This document shows positions 63,621-64,000 of a stretch of 64,000 bases of DNA, piece by piece. The notes below the pieces were generated by a model, which searched no databases, was not told where the DNA came from, and saw only the letters and a list, made by a program, of their open reading frames with translations. Both the position numbers and the translations under genes were made by a program. How positions within the stretch are numbered: position 1 is the stretch's first letter; the number at the start of each line of letters is the position of its first letter. Source of the DNA: Antedon mediterranea (Eukaryota > Animalia > Echinodermata); contig NC_092672.1 of assembly GCF_964355755.1 (NCBI RefSeq), forward strand, positions 14,942,001-15,006,000, given 5' to 3'.

Positions 63621-64000
63621 TTAAATACATTAGTTACCATTTGGTATAAATAAAGACTATAGCCATTTGACATTTACAGTATTTATGTTACCATAAATGT
63701 ACCATATTTGGTACAGTAATTTATTACTATACAGTATAGTAATAAATGTACCATATTTGGTACAGTATAGTAATAGTTATTTATATATAGTAATAGTTAT
63801 TTACGTCTGTAATCTCAAACAACCTTTACTGTTTACAGTGATATGGTGTATAAAAATTATACCAATTGAGATGAAATCAGAATTTATGGAGTCTGTCATT
63901 TTATTTACGTCTTAATATCTTTGCTATATCATTAGCGTCCTAATCACTGTGGAAACAATATTTTATTGGACCTTCAGAGACAGAAACGTGTGTTCCGTAA

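Overview
AT-rich animal genomic DNA. An invertebrate deuterostome, possibly an echinoderm, is my inference from gene style and repeat content. There are two intact spliced genes on the + strand. One is a 15-exon FET-family RNA-binding protein (FUS/EWSR1/TAF15/cabeza; 14118-29477, about 535 aa: QGSY-rich region, RGG, RRM, RanBP2 zinc finger, PY-NLS). The other is a 3-exon rolling-stone-like membrane protein (32996-35089, about 330 aa). The rest is mostly transposon debris: LINE fragments, many TIR MITEs with readable TSDs, Helentron-like elements, a tRNA-derived SINE and minisatellites. The most striking structure is a nest at 3.9-13.7 kb. A ~9.9-kb element with terminal and subterminal inverted repeats carries an intronless protein-kinase pseudogene. 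The kinase is split exactly in its catalytic loop by a 5.8-kb foldback element (TAG..CTA ends, ACA TSD, ~1.5-kb arms) that encloses a Penelope retroelement and hammerhead ribozyme motifs. Inside the FET gene there is a long hairpin that would hide the 3' splice signals of a frame-shifting 44-nt exon, and a candidate intronic C/D snoRNA. All calls are by eye; no database searches or folding programs were run.
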